In this document: positions 1 through 9,584 of the stretch, one piece after another | Layout: each line of letters begins with the position of its first letter | Position numbering within the stretch: position 1 is the first letter of the stretch | Assembly: GCA_045657085.1 (NCBI GenBank) | Contig: JAZOSL010000094.1 | Location: 1-49,832 of the forward strand | Length of the DNA stretch: 49,832 bases | Reading direction: 5' to 3' | Source of the DNA: Acutalibacteraceae bacterium | GTDB taxonomy: Bacteria > Bacillota > Clostridia > Oscillospirales > Acutalibacteraceae | Program-made: the position numbers and the translations under genes | Notes under the pieces: generated by a model | The model's input: the letters and a program-made list of their open reading frames with translations, nothing else | Databases searched by the model: none | What the model was told of the DNA's origin: nothing

Positions 1-1181
1 TATTCTTTAATTTCTCCTGCTTTTTTAAGACAGGTTTTAGCAATTGCAGGACCAACAAGTTCGTAAATAAGTGTACCACAAAGAATAACCGTTCTTATCT
101 CACTTGCGTGTTCAGGAACAACGCTTGATGCTGCAAGGGAAAGACCGATAGCAACACCGGCTTGTGGAACAAGTGCAGGTCCTAAATACTTGCGTATTTT
201 TTTGTCGGCTTTGGAAACAATAGCACCAAGTGATGCGCCAAACATCTTACCGATAACACGTACAACGATGTAAACAACGCCGACAACGCCAATTGCAGGT
301 AAAACGGAAAGCTTTAAATCTGCACCCGAAGCTACAAAGAACAACATAAATATAGGTGGTGTGATTCTGTCGGAAAGCTTCATTATCTGATTTACATCAG
401 GTGAGAAGTTTGCAACAATGGCACCCATTGCCATGCAAAGTAAAAGTGAAGAGAATCCACAAAGCTGAGAAAGACCTAAACCGGTGAAAATAAATGCTAT
501 AATAAGTGAAAGTCGATTACCGTCTTTTTTAAAGGTTTTCATAGGTAATAAGAATAAGAAACCTAAAATAGCACCTACAACTAATGCACCACCTATTTCA
601 ATAACAGGTTTTAAAACAAGATCCTTTGCACTTGCACTACCACCTGAAATGGCAGTTGCGATGGCAATTGATATTGAATACATAATAAGTGCAGTAGCAT
701 CGTCAATAGCAACAACAGAAAGAAGTGTTTCTGTAACAGGGCCTTTTGCTTTGTATTGTTTTATTACCATAATTGTGGCAGCAGGGGCAGTTGCAGCAGC
801 TATTGAGCCCAGTACAAGTGAAAACGTTGCCCCACAGCCTGCAATCGTTAAAGCAACAGTAACAAAAACTACTGCAAAAAAGCTTTCAAAGCAAGCGATG
901 ATTATTGGCGTGGCACCGACACGTTTAAAGTAAGATACTTTAAATTCATTACCGATTGAAAAGGCTATAAAGCCTAACGCAGCATCAGATATTACGGTGA
1001 TACCACTGAGAAATTCTTCTGAAAGCAGACCTAAAATGCTAGGACCTAAAATAAGACCTGCAAGAAGATATCCGGTAACGTTAGGAAGCTTTATTTGTTT
1101 TACAAGCCTTCCTAAAGCCATACCTGTAAAAATCATCAGACCTAAATCTGTAAATGTATTAAGAGTTATATTGGAAAGCAT
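1..1181 (-). CDS. cation:proton antiporter (CPA2 / Na_H_Exchanger family), C-terminal part beyond window edge
   Basis: Absent from the ORF track because it is open at the window edge. Manual minus-strand translation from the ATG at 1181..1179 gives MLSNITLNTFTDLGLMIFTGMALGRLVKQIKLPNVTGYLLAGLILGPSILGLLSEEF..., a typical N-terminus for this transporter family. Plus-strand ORFs 484..933 and 997..1191 are its antisense shadows. Confidence 0.8.
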   Translation of the reverse strand, partial: MLSNITLNTFTDLGLMIFTGMALGRLVKQIKLPNVTGYLLAGLILGPSILGLLSEEFLSGITVISDAALGFIAFSIGNEFKVSYFKRVGATPIIIACFESFFAVVFVTVALTIAGCGATFSLVLGSIAAATAPAATIMVIKQYKAKGPVTETLLSVVAIDDATALIMYSISIAIATAISGGSASAKDLVLKPVIEIGGALVVGAILGFLFLLPMKTFKKDGNRLSLIIAFIFTGLGLSQLCGFSSLLLCMAMGAIVANFSPDVNQIMKLSDRITPPIFMLFFVASGADLKLSVLPAIGVVGVVYIVVRVIGKMFGASLGAIVSKADKKIRKYLGPALVPQAGVAIGLSLAASSVVPEHASEIRTVILCGTLIYELVGPAIAKTCLKKAGEIKE

Positions 1182-1522
1182 CAGTGATTAAGTCCCTCCA
1201 GATAATCAATAGGAATGGCGAACATGATGCCTGTGTCGGGGTGGTCAAGGCCACCTGTCACGTCATTAACAATTTTTGAAATGACAGCAACATCCTCATC
1301 TTTTGCAACCATTATTATTGTTTTATTTTCTTTATGAGTTGGGTTAAGAAGTGAGCGTAATGACATCAGAAAGTACATATCTTCATGGTCATGCTCTGTT
1401 AATTCCTGAACCATACCTCTACTATCAATAATAGTAGCACCGGAAACATTGTTTTCACCAAATGCTTCAAGAATTTCATCAAGACATTCGGTTTTGTTAA
1501 GAATGATAGTAACTAATTTCAT
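1181..1522 (-). CDS. P-II (GlnB)-fold small signalling protein, non-canonical long T-loop
   Basis: 113 aa with a beta-alpha-beta x2 layout by eye. MKLVTIIL and DTGIMFAIPI resemble the first and last strands of GlnB (MKKIEAII, GDGKIFV). RBS AAGGAGG lies upstream at about 1530. The stop overlaps the antiporter start (TGATG). Confidence 0.6.
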   Translation of the reverse strand: MKLVTIILNKTECLDEILEAFGENNVSGATIIDSRGMVQELTEHDHEDMYFLMSLRSLLNPTHKENKTIIMVAKDEDVAVISKIVNDVTGGLDHPDTGIMFAIPIDYLEGLNH

Positions 1523-1624
1523 AGTATACCTCCTTAGTATTACTCACGGTATTTTATCACCGTGTTTTTTTATTTTCAATGGTATTTATAACAAAGTTTT
1601 ATATTGGTTAAAAAAATATTTGTA

Positions 1625-2566
1625 CTATATACCTGAAAAAATATTTGCATTTCTTAAAGATGGGTTTTCAATAAAATCGTTGACTGAATACGCATGCTTT
1701 TCCAGGTCGTTACAGGTAGCTTTCGTTATGTTACGGTCTTTTAGTAAGGTTGTAAAAATATCTGTAACGTTATCAATTACCGAAAGCTTTATCTGAGCGT
1801 TTTCGGGTGAGTTGTCGGTAGATATAAGAAATTCAAGATAATCAGCAAGCTCGTTCCCGTCAGGCAACTCTCTTAATGCTTTAAATTGCCATTTATAATA
1901 CGGGGAATATCTTCCGTTTAAAAGGAAGAAGCTTTTTATAGCAGCATTTGAAAATTCAAAAAGTGAAAGTTGTGCTGAACCTGTTTCGCTTCTTTTTAAA
2001 ATACGTGGATAGTTATATTGACCTGATTGAGCCATTATTAAAAGGTTTCCGGCAAGTTTCTTTAAAAATATATCGTTAGGATATTTCTGAAGTTTATTTC
2101 TTATATTGGTAAACTCACCGTAATTATCGTAAAAAACATCTCCGTTTGTAGCTTCTGCTAACGCAAAATCAGGTAAGCTCAACCATTGTTCAACAGTCAA
2201 ATTACCATTAGGAGAGCCAACCTTTTTTGTGTAGAAATCAGGAATTCTTATAACACCATTACGGTTGCCACCAACAGGCTTTACAAGATTTCTTTTATAA
2301 CCTTCAAAATCCTGTGGAAGCTTAGAGTATGCTCTTTCTAAATTAAAAAGAGTTTTATCATCAATAATATCTCTGTCAGGTACAAAAATGCAAAAGCCGG
2401 GTTCAAAATCATGGTCGAGAGAGATTTTATCATCATAACCGTAGCAATCAGACCCACTACCAACAAGACCAACTGCAATGAATTGCAGATAGTCTCCGAA
2501 TTGGTTTTCGAGCATTGCTTTTCCGTGCTCTTCGTAAAATTTTTTTGAAAGCTCAAGCCCCTTCAT
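1625..2566 (-). CDS. DUF4037 domain protein (nucleotidyltransferase-associated family)
   Basis: 313 aa. The N-terminal LVGSGSDCYGYDDKISLDHDFEPGFCIFV pattern matches DUF4037 / NTase-like proteins as I recall the family. It overlaps the upstream TPR gene by 14 nt. Confidence 0.55.
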   Translation of the reverse strand: MKGLELSKKFYEEHGKAMLENQFGDYLQFIAVGLVGSGSDCYGYDDKISLDHDFEPGFCIFVPDRDIIDDKTLFNLERAYSKLPQDFEGYKRNLVKPVGGNRNGVIRIPDFYTKKVGSPNGNLTVEQWLSLPDFALAEATNGDVFYDNYGEFTNIRNKLQKYPNDIFLKKLAGNLLIMAQSGQYNYPRILKRSETGSAQLSLFEFSNAAIKSFFLLNGRYSPYYKWQFKALRELPDGNELADYLEFLISTDNSPENAQIKLSVIDNVTDIFTTLLKDRNITKATCNDLEKHAYSVNDFIENPSLRNANIFSGI

Positions 2567-3314
2567 AAATCTTTTTTGCCCTTTCTTTTAATTGTGCTTC
2601 GTAAACAAATCTGCCGTAGTAACCAAAAGTGGAAGCACATTTTTCGCATATGAAAGCATAATTACCGTCTTGTTTGAGTGATGTGTCATCCAATATTTTT
2701 ACTGCCTTGTCGAGCAAATAATCAATTTCATCACAAGCTTCTTCAAGACCTTTTTTAGCCTCTATGGCATTCGCCATATTCAGATAAGATATTGCTTTTT
2801 CGGGTTCAGTTTTTTCTGATGACGATAAAACGCAAACAGCTTTTTCATACAAACACAAAGCTTTATCGAATTCCTTTAAATCTACAAGAGTGAGTGCGAA
2901 GTTGTTATAAAGACCGGCAAGACGTTTGTCAGTAGGGGAAAGAAGATTTTCATAAATGATTTTTGCTTTTTCAAAAAATGGTACACCTTTTTCAGCATTG
3001 CCAAAAGCCTTGAAAGCTGTAGCACAATTTATAAATGCAGTAGCACCCGGAATAGAATTGTTGAAATTTAACCGTTCGGTTAATTCAGTAACCTTTTCAC
3101 AATAAAAATAACAAAATTCCTTTTCGTTTATTTTTCTGTATAACCCGATACATTCGTTGCAAAGTGAAAAAAGAACGTTTGGGTCGTCAGTTTCCATGGC
3201 TTGTGTTACGTTTTCTTCCAGAAACTCACGTGCAGAATTGTAATCATTTCTGCCTAAAAGGCTATCAAGCTCAGATATAATCTTATTTATATCCATAACA
3301 GAATCATTGTTCAT
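2553..3314 (-). CDS. tetratricopeptide-repeat protein
   Basis: 253 aa of repeated about-34-aa helical motifs (A..Y.kA, AL.LYEKA, GLYNNFALT). Confidence 0.6.
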   Translation of the reverse strand: MNNDSVMDINKIISELDSLLGRNDYNSAREFLEENVTQAMETDDPNVLFSLCNECIGLYRKINEKEFCYFYCEKVTELTERLNFNNSIPGATAFINCATAFKAFGNAEKGVPFFEKAKIIYENLLSPTDKRLAGLYNNFALTLVDLKEFDKALCLYEKAVCVLSSSEKTEPEKAISYLNMANAIEAKKGLEEACDEIDYLLDKAVKILDDTSLKQDGNYAFICEKCASTFGYYGRFVYEAQLKERAKKIYEGA

Positions 3315-3342
3315 AGCAAAACCTCAAATATTTGTTACATTT

Positions 3343-3371
3343 ATTTTATCACGATAAATAGTATTTTACAA
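3343..3371 (-). promoter_or_regulatory. sigmaA-type promoter for the TPR/DUF4037 operon
   Basis: The minus strand reads TTGTAA-17 nt-TAAAAT with TGa immediately upstream of the -10 (extended -10). It lies about 30 nt upstream of the start at 3314. Confidence 0.45.
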
Positions 3372-3600
3372 TAATACTTTCGACATAAAGATTATAGTTA
3401 GTCGAAACAGAGTAAAAAACACTGTTTCGAATTTTGAATGAAAATCCGACTATAATCATTTATAAGATGTATTACATATACACAACAGCCACTTTATCGT
3501 GTTAAAGTGGTAAAGTTGCATAAAGAAAGCAATAAAAACGTGATAATGTATGGCAAAGCATACAAATTAATGAAAAAGACAAAAAATTTTTAAAAAACTA

Positions 3601-3629
3601 TTTACTTTAATGTGGTAAAGTGGTAGAAT
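3601..3629 (+). promoter_or_regulatory. sigmaA-type promoter for the amino-acid ABC operon
   Basis: TTTACT-17 nt-TAGAAT preceded by TGg (extended -10), about 50 nt upstream of the ATG at 3678. Confidence 0.45.
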
Positions 3630-3677
3630 GACAACACAAAAATAAAGGCAACGGATTTGCCTACGGAGGAATTTATT

Positions 3678-4526
3678 ATGAGTAAGAAAATTTTAGCTAT
3701 CGTAATGAGCCTTGTGCTCGTAGCAGGTATCGTTTGCGTTTTCGCTTCTTGCGGTGGTAACGGTAATGATACACAGACAGAAGCACCTGCAGGTAATGAC
3801 GCACAACAGGATGCATCAGCAAACACAGAATCCGACATTGCATACATCAAAGCAAACGGTAAAATGATTATTGGTATCACAGAATATGAACCTATGAACT
3901 ACTATGATGAAAACGGTAAGCTCATCGGTTTTGATACAGAATTTGCAGAACTCGTTTGTGCAAAACTTGGTGTTACACCCGAATTTAAAATTATCAACTG
4001 GGATACAAAAACAACAGAACTTAAGACAAAAACAATTGATGCTGTTTGGAATGGTATGACAATCAAAGAAGAACTTAAAGAATCAATGAGTATCAGTGCT
4101 CCTTACGTTCTTAATGCTCAGGTTATCGTTACAAAAGCTGAAAATGCAGAAAAATATGCAGATGCAGCATCTCTCAAATCAGCAGCTATCGCAGTTGAAA
4201 GTGGTTCAGCAGGTGAATCTGAAGCAAACAAAGTTGCAACAAACATCGTTCCTGTTGCTACTCAGGCAGATACTCTTCTTGAAGTTAAGTCAGGCGCAGC
4301 TGATTGTGCAGTTATCGACATCACAATGGCTAAAGCTATGACAGGTGAAGGTACAGACTACGAAGGCCTTGTATACACAGGTTCTCTTTCAGAAGAATAT
4401 TATGGTATTGGTTTCCGTAAAGATGCTGACACATGTGCAGAAGTTAACAAGATTATTGACGAGCTCATTGCAGATGGTTCTCTTCAGAAACTTGCTGACA
4501 AATACGGTGTTAACCTTGCTGAATAA
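3678..4526 (+). CDS. amino-acid ABC transporter substrate-binding lipoprotein (family 3 SBP)
   Basis: RBS GGAGG at 3665..3669 precedes the ATG at 3678. Signal peptide MSKKILAIVMSLVLVAGIVCVFASCGG has the lipobox FASC. The body (IGFDTEFAELVCAKLGV, WNGMTI) is typical of polar amino-acid binding proteins. Confidence 0.85.
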   Translation: MSKKILAIVMSLVLVAGIVCVFASCGGNGNDTQTEAPAGNDAQQDASANTESDIAYIKANGKMIIGITEYEPMNYYDENGKLIGFDTEFAELVCAKLGVTPEFKIINWDTKTTELKTKTIDAVWNGMTIKEELKESMSISAPYVLNAQVIVTKAENAEKYADAASLKSAAIAVESGSAGESEANKVATNIVPVATQADTLLEVKSGAADCAVIDITMAKAMTGEGTDYEGLVYTGSLSEEYYGIGFRKDADTCAEVNKIIDELIADGSLQKLADKYGVNLAE

Positions 4527-4560
4527 TTCAGTTCAGTAAAAATCAATTAAAATATTTATA

Positions 4561-4586
4561 CGGCAGAGTGCTAAGGTGCTCTGCCG
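4561..4586 (+). promoter_or_regulatory. intercistronic stem-loop between the SBP and permease genes
   Basis: cggcagagtgc-taag-gtgctctgccg forms an 11-bp stem (2 G-U pairs) with a tetraloop and no clear U tract. This fits the partial terminators or mRNA stabilisers often found after ABC binding-protein genes. Confidence 0.35.
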
Positions 4587-4616
4587 TTGAATACTGTAAA
4601 CGGAGAAAGATAATTA

Positions 4617-5333
4617 ATGGATCAAGCAGTATTAACTGAGGTTTTTACAAGGCTTGCGGACGGATTTGTTACAACTCTTGAAATTTTCGCATTAACCTTG
4701 TTGTTCTCATTACCTTTAGGTCTTATTATGAGCTTTGGCTCTATGAGTAAGTTCCTTCCTTTAAAATATGCAGTCAGATTTCTTGTCTGGGTTGTAAGAG
4801 GCTCGCCTCTTATGATTCAGCTTATTCTTGTTTTTTACGGTCCCGGTCTTTTAGGTCAATGGGCAGCAGATTTAGTAGTAAACGGCAATACTAATGCAGT
4901 TATTGTGTGGCTTTCTTCCATAGGTGTTATGGAGAGGTTTGTAGCCGTAATAATAGCCTTTTCGGTAAACTATGCTTGTTACTTCTCTGAAATTTACCGT
5001 GGTGGTATTGAAAGCATACCAAAAGGACAGTATGAAGCAGGTCAGGTTTTAGGTATGACTAAAACACAGGTGTTCTTTAAAGTTGTTCTTATGCAGGTTG
5101 TAAAGAGAATAATACCTCCGATGAGTAATGAAATAATTACACTTGTTAAAGATACTTCACTTGCAAGAGTTATTGCAGTATACGAGCTTATCTGGGCAGG
5201 AGAAACCTTTATTAAGCTTAAAGGTATTATCTGGCCTCTTATTGCAACAGCAATATTCTATCTTGCATTCAGTGGTTTACTTACCTTTATATTCGGAAAA
5301 ATCGAAAAGAAGTTAGATTACTATAAAACATAA
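4617..5333 (+). CDS. amino-acid ABC transporter permease
   Basis: 238 aa polytopic protein with the EAA-like loop ([21 protein letters not shown]) of the His/Glu/Gln/Arg permease family. Confidence 0.85.
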   Translation: MDQAVLTEVFTRLADGFVTTLEIFALTLLFSLPLGLIMSFGSMSKFLPLKYAVRFLVWVVRGSPLMIQLILVFYGPGLLGQWAADLVVNGNTNAVIVWLSSIGVMERFVAVIIAFSVNYACYFSEIYRGGIESIPKGQYEAGQVLGMTKTQVFFKVVLMQVVKRIIPPMSNEIITLVKDTSLARVIAVYELIWAGETFIKLKGIIWPLIATAIFYLAFSGLLTFIFGKIEKKLDYYKT

Positions 5334-5346
5334 GGAGAGCGTTCAG

Positions 5347-6126
5347 ATGTCTGTACTTGAAGTTAAAGATTTAAAGAAAAGCTTCGGAAAGACCGACGTT
5401 CTTAAAGGCGTATCCTTTAACCTTGAAAAGGGCGAGGTTTTAAGTATAATCGGTTCTTCCGGAAGTGGTAAAACAACAATTCTTCGTTGTATAAATCAGC
5501 TTGAAACCCCCGATAGTGGGTTTATAAGCGTTAGTGGCGAAGTGTTTTTTGATGGGTCAGCAGGTAAAGAAAGTGCAAAAGAAAGACGACGTCAACAGTT
5601 GCTTGTTGGTCTTGTCTTTCAGGACTTTCACCTTTTCCCCCAATACAACGTGCTTAAAAATGTAACTCTTGCTGCAGAGCTTCTTGCAAAAGAGAGAGCA
5701 GATTACAAGCAGAATAAAAAGGCTATTCACGATGAAATAGTTGAAAAGGCAAAAGGCATTCTCAGTAAAGTTGGACTTTCTGAGAAACTGACTAACTATC
5801 CCTGTGAGCTTTCAGGTGGTCAGAAGCAGCGTGTTTCTATAGCAAGAGCACTAATGCTTGAGCCTCAGGTTTTATTCTTTGATGAGCCTACCTCGGCACT
5901 TGACCCTGAATTAACAGGCGAAATTCTTAAGGTAATAAAAAGCCTTGCAGAAGAAAATATGACAATGGTAATTGTTACTCACGAAATGTCGTTTGCAAAA
6001 GCCGTTTCATCAAAGGTTATATTTATGGATAATGGTGTTATTGAAGAAGAAGGTACACCTGAAGAAGTTTTTGATAACCCAAAATCACAAAGAACAAAAG
6101 AATTTATTTCAAAGTTCTCTGATTAA
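5347..6126 (+). CDS. amino-acid ABC transporter ATP-binding protein
   Basis: Walker [10 protein letters not shown], signature LSGGQKQR and Walker [13 protein letters not shown] are all present. Confidence 0.9.
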   Translation: MSVLEVKDLKKSFGKTDVLKGVSFNLEKGEVLSIIGSSGSGKTTILRCINQLETPDSGFISVSGEVFFDGSAGKESAKERRRQQLLVGLVFQDFHLFPQYNVLKNVTLAAELLAKERADYKQNKKAIHDEIVEKAKGILSKVGLSEKLTNYPCELSGGQKQRVSIARALMLEPQVLFFDEPTSALDPELTGEILKVIKSLAEENMTMVIVTHEMSFAKAVSSKVIFMDNGVIEEEGTPEEVFDNPKSQRTKEFISKFSD

Positions 6127-6151
6127 AAAATCAATAATATTAAAACTAAAA

Positions 6152-6199
6152 ACAGCGAAAGTAAATTCATCAATTGAATTACTTTCGCTGTTGTATTTT
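6152..6199. terminator. bidirectional rho-independent terminator between convergent ABC and glf operons
   Basis: acagcgaaagtaaattca / tgaattactttcgctgt forms an about-17-bp stem with one bulge. An A-run lies upstream and tgtatttt downstream. Confidence 0.7.
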
Positions 6200-6212
6200 G
6201 ATTATTTACTTA

Positions 6213-7343
6213 TTATAAAACTTCATCTGCAATATTAAGAGCAGAAAGAATAACTTTGTCCATATCAAAATAGCAATACTGACCAAGTCTGCCACAGAAA
6301 AGAACTTTACCTTCTTTATCTGCAAGCTCTTTATATTTTTTGTAAAGTTCACTGTTTCTTTCGTTGTTAACTGTATAGTAGGGTTCTTTTTCTTTATTCC
6401 AGGAATCAGGATATTCTCTTGTAACAATTGTTTTAGTAGCTGCTACACCTTCGGCTTCTTTACCAAGAGTTTTACCAAACTCAAAATGCTTATGTTCGAT
6501 AATTCTTGTATAAGGAATTTCGTATTCAGTATAGTTAACAACTGCATTACCCTGATAGTTATCAACGGGATATGTTTCTGTTTCAAATCTTAAGCTGCGA
6601 TATTCAAGCTCACCATAGCAATAATCATAATATTTATCAATAGGACCGGTAAATATTATTTTATCTGCAATATTGTCAAGCTCGGCTTTATGTTCAAAAT
6701 AGTCACAGTTAAGTCTTACTTCAGTGCCTTCAAGCATATTTTCAACCATTTTTGTGTAGCCACCCATAGGTATGCCCTGATATAAATCGTTGAAATAGTT
6801 GTTGTCATAAACAAATCTTACAGGAAGACGTTTAATAATAAAGCTTGGAAGCTCAGTTGCTTTTTTGCCCCATTGTTTTTCGGTATAGCCTTTAACAAGC
6901 TTCTCGTAGATTGTTTTACCAACAAGGCTTATAGCTTGTTCTTCAAGGTTTTTAGGTTCGGTGATACCGGCTTCTTTTTTTTCTTCTTCAATTTTAGCGA
7001 GAGCTTCAGCAGGAGTAGTAACACCCCATAATTTATTAAATGTGTTCATATTGAAGGGCATATTGTAGAGCTCGCCTTTATAAAGGGCAACGGGGGAGTT
7101 TGTGTATCTGTTAAATTCAGCAAACTGATTCACGTAATCCCATACTTTTTTTTCACTTGTGTGAAAAATATGAGCACCATAAATATGAACGTTAATACCG
7201 TCAACGTTTTCTGTGTAAATATTACCGGCTATATGAGGGCGTTTATCAATTACAAGACATTTTTTGCCTTTCTTTTTAGCTTCGTTTGCAAAAACGGCAC
7301 CGAAAAGACCTGCACCAACAATTAAATAATCATACTTCTGCAT
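6213..7343 (-). CDS. glf: UDP-galactopyranose mutase
   Basis: N-terminal FAD fold YDYLIVGAGLFG and full-length resemblance to Glf (IYGAHIFHT, RFETE, GRLGQYCYFDMD). Confidence 0.9.
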   Translation of the reverse strand: MQKYDYLIVGAGLFGAVFANEAKKKGKKCLVIDKRPHIAGNIYTENVDGINVHIYGAHIFHTSEKKVWDYVNQFAEFNRYTNSPVALYKGELYNMPFNMNTFNKLWGVTTPAEALAKIEEEKKEAGITEPKNLEEQAISLVGKTIYEKLVKGYTEKQWGKKATELPSFIIKRLPVRFVYDNNYFNDLYQGIPMGGYTKMVENMLEGTEVRLNCDYFEHKAELDNIADKIIFTGPIDKYYDYCYGELEYRSLRFETETYPVDNYQGNAVVNYTEYEIPYTRIIEHKHFEFGKTLGKEAEGVAATKTIVTREYPDSWNKEKEPYYTVNNERNSELYKKYKELADKEGKVLFCGRLGQYCYFDMDKVILSALNIADEVL

Positions 7344-8778
7344 TTTTTTTCCTTAAGCCTCCTATAAAACCTTTTAATAAATCATCTCTTAAAACGATGA
7401 GCATAACAAGATAAACTATACCACCTATTGCCAAATCAATACCGATTCTTATAACAGGATGAAGTGATGTGAGTATAAACATATTTGCAAGGATAATACA
7501 ACCTGTCATTACTAAACCTGAAAGAAGGTATTTCCAGCAAGAAAAAAGTATCTTTTTAATTGAGAAATCTTTTCTGATGAAAATAAACTGAAGTGCTGTA
7601 ACAACAAATTCAGCACAGATTGTTCCAAGTGCTGCCCCTGCAGCTTTAAAGTAGGGGATAAAGATAAAGTTTAAAATCAGATTAGTTGCTGCACCTGCAG
7701 AAACAGCTATTGTGTATTGGGTTTGTCTGAGGGTAGGTAACAGATACTGAACACCACTTACTGAGCTTAATCCGATAAAAAGAACAATAGGAGATATAAT
7801 GTAAATAACAGGAATACTTGCTTCGTAGCCCTCACCAAGGAAAACAGGAATTAAATCTTTAGCTACGGCAGATATACCAAACATCATAGGAAAAGCTAAC
7901 AAATAAATGAATCTGAAGGATTTGTATATATCTTCTTTGATTTCATCCATAAGTTTATTGGCAAATTTATGGGCTATATTCGGCATCATTACGGTGCCCA
8001 AAGATGTAACAACAGTCAATATAATAAGTATGATTTTATGAGACTGTTCGTAATAGGCAACCTGTGCTTTGTCTGTAAGAAGTGCACCCAACATAACCTT
8101 ATCGAGAACGGTATAAATCTGAACAGCAATCTGAGGAACGAACAAAGCAAGTGCAGGACGTACGTGTCTGAAAACATTAAATTCATTCAAATCAGGTTTT
8201 GCTATAAATTTGGGTAACCAGAACCATAACGATAAGTTACCTAAAAGGGTAGATAAAGCATAAATCAAAAGGTATGTGGAAACGTCTTTTTCAGTTTTAA
8301 TAAAAATAAATGTACACGCGATACTTAAAAGTTTAACCACAAAGTTTCTGTTAACAATCATTTTAAATTCTTCCATACCTTGGAAGAAATAAGAAATATC
8401 TAAGATATTTCCAACGATGTAAAATAAAAGTATCTTGTAATATTTTGCGTATGCACCCTTAAAGGCAAATAACCATACGAATATACCAATGGCAATTGCT
8501 AAGGTAAAGCCCTTCAGTAAAACCGTTTCAAAAAGAACACGGGTTCGTCTTTTCGGTTTTGTCTGTAAAAAGGCTATCTGACGTTGACCGTAAAGGGAAA
8601 TACCTAAAGAGCCGAACAAAACAAAGTAAGTTACAATTGAAATGGTGTAGCTGTAAACACCAATACCGTTTGCTCCAAGGATTCTTGAAACATACGGTGT
8701 TGTAATCAATGGGAATATTAAGTTTATAATCTGGTACGAAAGGTTATAAATATAATTCTTCGTTAATTTTTTTTCCAT
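7330..8778 (-). CDS. wzx: Wzx-type oligosaccharide flippase (polysaccharide biosynthesis protein, MOP superfamily)
   Basis: 482 aa with about 12-14 predicted TM helices and the N-terminus LTKNYIYNLSYQIINLIFPLITTPYVSRILGANGIG, characteristic of the family. Confidence 0.8.
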   Translation of the reverse strand: MEKKLTKNYIYNLSYQIINLIFPLITTPYVSRILGANGIGVYSYTISIVTYFVLFGSLGISLYGQRQIAFLQTKPKRRTRVLFETVLLKGFTLAIAIGIFVWLFAFKGAYAKYYKILLFYIVGNILDISYFFQGMEEFKMIVNRNFVVKLLSIACTFIFIKTEKDVSTYLLIYALSTLLGNLSLWFWLPKFIAKPDLNEFNVFRHVRPALALFVPQIAVQIYTVLDKVMLGALLTDKAQVAYYEQSHKIILIILTVVTSLGTVMMPNIAHKFANKLMDEIKEDIYKSFRFIYLLAFPMMFGISAVAKDLIPVFLGEGYEASIPVIYIISPIVLFIGLSSVSGVQYLLPTLRQTQYTIAVSAGAATNLILNFIFIPYFKAAGAALGTICAEFVVTALQFIFIRKDFSIKKILFSCWKYLLSGLVMTGCIILANMFILTSLHPVIRIGIDLAIGGIVYLVMLIVLRDDLLKGFIGGLRKKNAEV

Positions 8779-8789
8779 ATTAAAATACC

Positions 8790-9572
8790 TTAGAAGCTTT
8801 TACCGTATTTTTTACCGGTAAATTTAGCTATAACAAATGCCATTCCTTTTTTTACCCAGTTAACAGGCTCCATATCCATAACAGGAGCTTCAACATATTT
8901 TTTGTTATTGGTATTTACCCACACATCAAGTAAAAGTTCTGAAATTCTGCCGGGATATCTTGCATGGAAAGCTTCGTATTGAGCAGGGTCAATACGTTTT
9001 TCTAATTCAAAAAGAATTTCAAAAATCCATGAACAGTATTCATCAAGAATCTCTTTTTTCATAACTGCCATATTAAACATATGTGCTGAAGTTCTTGTGT
9101 GAAGCTTGTCAAATTCAGGAAGATACTCGGGGTATTTTTCTTCAAGAATTTTTCTTGCCTCGTCAAGAGGCTCAACGTACATAGTGTGTTTATAATGGTC
9201 ATAAAGATTTTCAATATAATAATTTCTTTTTTTAGAAAGAATAATATCTGCATCGTTTAAAAGCTTGTCTGCTTCTTCAGACGATAACACGCTTTCAAAA
9301 AGATTGTCTTTATTTTTTTTGCCTGATGTAGCAAAATGACGTCTGTAATGAGCAAGACCAACATAGTCGGCATCGCAATTTTTCCAAGCCCAATAAAGAC
9401 CGGTTAACTCACAGAAATAAGGATTCTTTGAAGAAATGTTTTCTCCTTGATCATCTCTTTGATAGCCTATAGAATCTTTGCCAGCAGCACCAACGTGAAC
9501 AGGAAGATACATATCATCAACAGGCATAGTATAAGGCTTATGAGTAGCAACGATTATTTTAATATTCTTCAT
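8790..9572 (-). CDS. DUF4422 family glycosyltransferase (WbbI-like, putative galactofuranosyltransferase)
   Basis: IIVATHKPY, ELTGLYWAWKN and GLAHYRRHF motifs. I prefer the ATG at 9572, 5 nt after GGTGA, over the GTG at 9581. Confidence 0.65.
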   Translation of the reverse strand: MKNIKIIVATHKPYTMPVDDMYLPVHVGAAGKDSIGYQRDDQGENISSKNPYFCELTGLYWAWKNCDADYVGLAHYRRHFATSGKKNKDNLFESVLSSEEADKLLNDADIILSKKRNYYIENLYDHYKHTMYVEPLDEARKILEEKYPEYLPEFDKLHTRTSAHMFNMAVMKKEILDEYCSWIFEILFELEKRIDPAQYEAFHARYPGRISELLLDVWVNTNNKKYVEAPVMDMEPVNWVKKGMAFVIAKFTGKKYGKSF

Positions 9573-9584
9573 TATTATCACCGA

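Noticed and set aside
484-1191. Plus-strand ORFs 484..933 and 997..1191
   Set aside because: They lie antisense to a much better minus-strand reading frame (the antiporter). They have low-complexity Ala/Ile/Thr-rich composition and no RBS.
1540-1568. Hairpin cacggt-N8-accgtg followed by a T-run on the plus strand
   Set aside because: There is no plus-strand gene upstream to terminate. On the minus strand it lies in the 5' leader of the P-II-like gene without a following U tract, so its function is unclear and the structure is weak.
3546-3593. 15-codon Lys-rich mini-ORF (MYGKAYKLMKKTKNF) upstream of the amino-acid ABC operon, considered as a leader peptide
   Set aside because: It has no Shine-Dalgarno sequence and lies upstream of the predicted promoter. 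No alternative terminator/antiterminator pairing is evident.
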